This document shows positions 31,301 through 32,000 of a DNA stretch of 32,000 nucleotides, in pieces (the stretch's first letter is position 1; each line of letters starts with the position of its first letter). The position numbers were made by a program, and so were the translations under genes. Source of the stretch: Deltaproteobacteria bacterium UBA7527 (lineage in GTDB: Bacteria > Desulfobacterota > Syntrophorhabdia > Syntrophorhabdales > Syntrophorhabdaceae). The notes under the pieces were generated by a model. That model was given only the letters and a program-made list of their open reading frames with translations, did not search any database and was not told where the DNA came from. The stretch spans positions 37,596 through 69,595 of the forward strand of contig DLMV01000005.1 in the NCBI GenBank assembly GCA_002478225.1, read 5' to 3'.

Positions 31301-32000
31301 GACACGCACCGCCCAGGACCTCCACCTCCATCTCTACGGTTTCAGGGCTGTTCGTTGTAAGCATTCGCTCGTGCGGGCATCCGGCAGGAGGCCCACACGA
31401 ATGAGGATCGTGAAAGACCTCCCAGCACTTTTTGCCAAGAAGCTCTTTGTCGGTCTTGCCGATTTTTTCTTTTACGGTCCTGTTGGTTGCAACGATAGTA
31501 TGTCTGACATCGATGATGGTCACCGGTTGTGCTATCGCCTGAAAGATATCTTCCCAATCAAGCATTGCCGCCATGAGGATCTTATCGGCCTTCGCTATGT
31601 TCGAAGCCGGTCCCTGATCCGTCCTTGCCCCCTCAAGGTGCTGCAATGCATGTTCGGTCAGTTGTGTCCTGGCGGCAGACAGAATATTCCAAAGAAAGAC
31701 GGCGGTCTTTACGTTCTTCACGTGGGGCTTTATCGCAGCTTCGAGCGCCGACAGGGTCTCAAGCATCCGCTTGATCTGGTCCTGTGCGGCAGACCCTTTC
31801 AGCAGGCTCTTGACGTAACGCATGAAGCTGTTCTTTGTGCGGCCGGACAGATCGGAAAAGAGGGGATCAAGAAGCTCGCGTGCAATACGAAGCCTCTCTT
31901 TTTCCGGCAGCCCCTTATATGAATGGATGCTCCGGAGTTTTTCTTGAAGTTTGCCCTCGATGGTGCCCTGCAGCCGGATAAGAGGATCTGGCCCTTCCAC
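28269..32000 (-). CDS. Multi-PAS/GAF sensor histidine kinase; the N-terminus lies outside the window and the C-terminus is lost by frameshift
   Basis: The frame is open to the window edge. Six PAS-type modules each end in a DIT(E/K)(R/H)KK-like linker. There is a GAF-like segment (LTKSQVGYLAFMNKDETELTMYSWS), the H-box GGVAHDFNNIL and the N-box NLVTNARDAMP. After that the translation becomes non-homologous until the stop at 28269. Confidence 0.85.
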   Translation of the reverse strand: MEGPDPLIRLQGTIEGKLQEKLRSIHSYKGLPEKERLRIARELLDPLFSDLSGRTKNSFMRYVKSLLKGSAAQDQIKRMLETLSALEAAIKPHVKNVKTAVFLWNILSAARTQLTEHALQHLEGARTDQGPASNIAKADKILMAAMLDWEDIFQAIAQPVTIIDVRHTIVATNRTVKEKIGKTDKELLGKKCWEVFHDPHSCGPPAGCPHERMLTTNSPETVEMEVEVLGGACLVSCTPMFNKEGRIEKVIHIVTDITEHKKIERALKASEERYRALVEGTNEYIMVIQEDKIVYANPKMIKDSSLSLQELQLRSFTDFIYKDDLPVVMDYYSKRLDGDLAPHNYSMRIVDTRGSIRWMQVSSIPISWDDTPAFLVLLTDIGRLKHTEEALRESEKKFRDIAQLTPQIIYEIDAEGHLTFVNKEAERMLGITEEDVHRGLDIFTLFPPEEHSRVRRHLEQMTQGSSTHGNEYTMVRKDGTTIPVIAYSSPILRNDNIVGFRGTIIDITERKKTEEGLKLNEERLEAVLRLNQMINADIHEITDFALEEAVRLTKSQVGYLAFMNKDETELTMYSWSIIAMGECAITDKPIIYPVRKTGLWGEAVRQRRPVITNDYNAPNPLKRGYPEGHVKLTRHMNVPIFEDNRIAVVAGVGNKTNEYDESDVRQLTLLMQGMWGLISRKRASEELRQSEQMYRNVIDNIKDVFYRSDRNGRLLMGSPSGARLFGYDSIEEMIGLPLDSLWVHTEDRERLLNEVRLHGKVEDFEGLMKKKDGTPFYASFTTHFYYDDAGNLLGTEGVIRDITKHKKAEQALQESEAKYRNIFESAVEGFFQSTPEGRFLSVNPAMAKMCGYTSPEEMINSITDLGPQFYVYPEDRKAFMERMEAYDIDENFEHQVYRKDGAIIWISSKTRAVRDDSGKIIFYEGTNEDITKRKKAEGELTASELFLKQTQSIARLGGWKANPHTDYLEWTDGIYEIIGAPRDYRPGLAEGLRYFLPQYIPVIRDHVINCLATGETFIIETELITDTGKKLWVEVRGLAPIVEGGRSYVAGTLQDITERKQLESQLLQAQKMEAVGTLAGGVAHDFNNILSAIMGYASLLQLKIDRDSPLSSYVAQILTSSERASQLTQSLLAFSRKQQIAMKPFSLNDAIANIQKLLTRLLTEDIELKTDLVHERLVVLGDVNQIDQIIMNLVTNARDAMPRGAPSQYIPPALLWTASSSAPMALEGQENTHRSWYPIQGQG

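Noticed and set aside
31290-31420. Cys-rich stretch in the first PAS region (CWEVFHDPHSCGPPAGCPHE) as a c-type haem site
   Set aside because: No CXXCH motif is present. The pattern resembles the common Cys-containing PAS variant, and no cofactor claim can be made from sequence alone.
31221-31922. 233-aa plus-strand ORF inside the sensor kinase gene
   Set aside because: It is antisense to the PAS-domain-coding frame and has no motifs.
1-32000. Search for defence systems, mobile elements, toxin-antitoxin pairs, CRISPR, tRNA/rRNA and integration scars
   Set aside because: No nuclease, helicase, methylase, integrase, transposase or phage-like ORFs were recognised, and no long terminal repeats were seen. 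The window reads as core or metabolic chromosome. The only accessory-like content is the UbiD/TRAP operon and the intergenic repeat families.

Overview
This 32-kb window looks like the chromosome of an anaerobic, moderate-GC bacterium. The gene content is reminiscent of Desulfobacterota/Syntrophorhabdus-like or Nitrospirota-like genomes, but that is inference only. I support about 24 protein genes. I found no rRNA, tRNA, CRISPR array, transposase, integrase, phage gene or recognisable defence gene.

Layout, left to right:
- A membrane-protein 3' fragment and an exported or membrane-anchored Pcm.
- A cell-envelope glycan cluster at 1467-8300: GT4, GT2, a NodU/CmcH carbamoyltransferase, a GT-B glycosyltransferase and a tandem-domain Kdo/WaaP-type kinase.
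- rnc translationally coupled to an ELP3-like radical SAM gene.
- Two divergent, paralogous AMP-forming acyl-CoA synthetases.
- A Na+/solute symporter with a small accessory ORF.
- A secreted pentapeptide-repeat protein and an orphan DctP-type binding protein.
- A seven-gene minus-strand operon at 17548-25433: UbiD-family enzyme, CoA ligase, TAXI binding protein, fused TRAP permease, TIGR04076-like small Cys protein, UbiX and a GntR/FCD regulator.
- typA/bipA, then a very large multi-PAS/GAF hybrid histidine kinase that runs off the right edge and is broken by a 1-nt frameshift in a C6 run.

Most interesting points:
1. The UbiD/UbiX, CoA-ligase and TAXI-TRAP operon is a candidate module for uptake, CoA activation and prFMN-dependent (de)carboxylation of an aromatic acid. 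Its substrate is unknown.
2. Intergenic heptanucleotide-periodic arrays (GCNNAGA, GTNAGGC/GCCTTAC, NTCGATG) recur at five or more loci. Some form long hairpins, including a roughly 22-bp duplex immediately 5' of rnc.
3. A second interspersed repeat occurs in two copies 3' of plus-strand genes.
4. An orphan plus-strand hairpin-plus-terminator unit is a candidate sRNA or attenuator.

All calls rest on reading motifs by eye. No database search was run.
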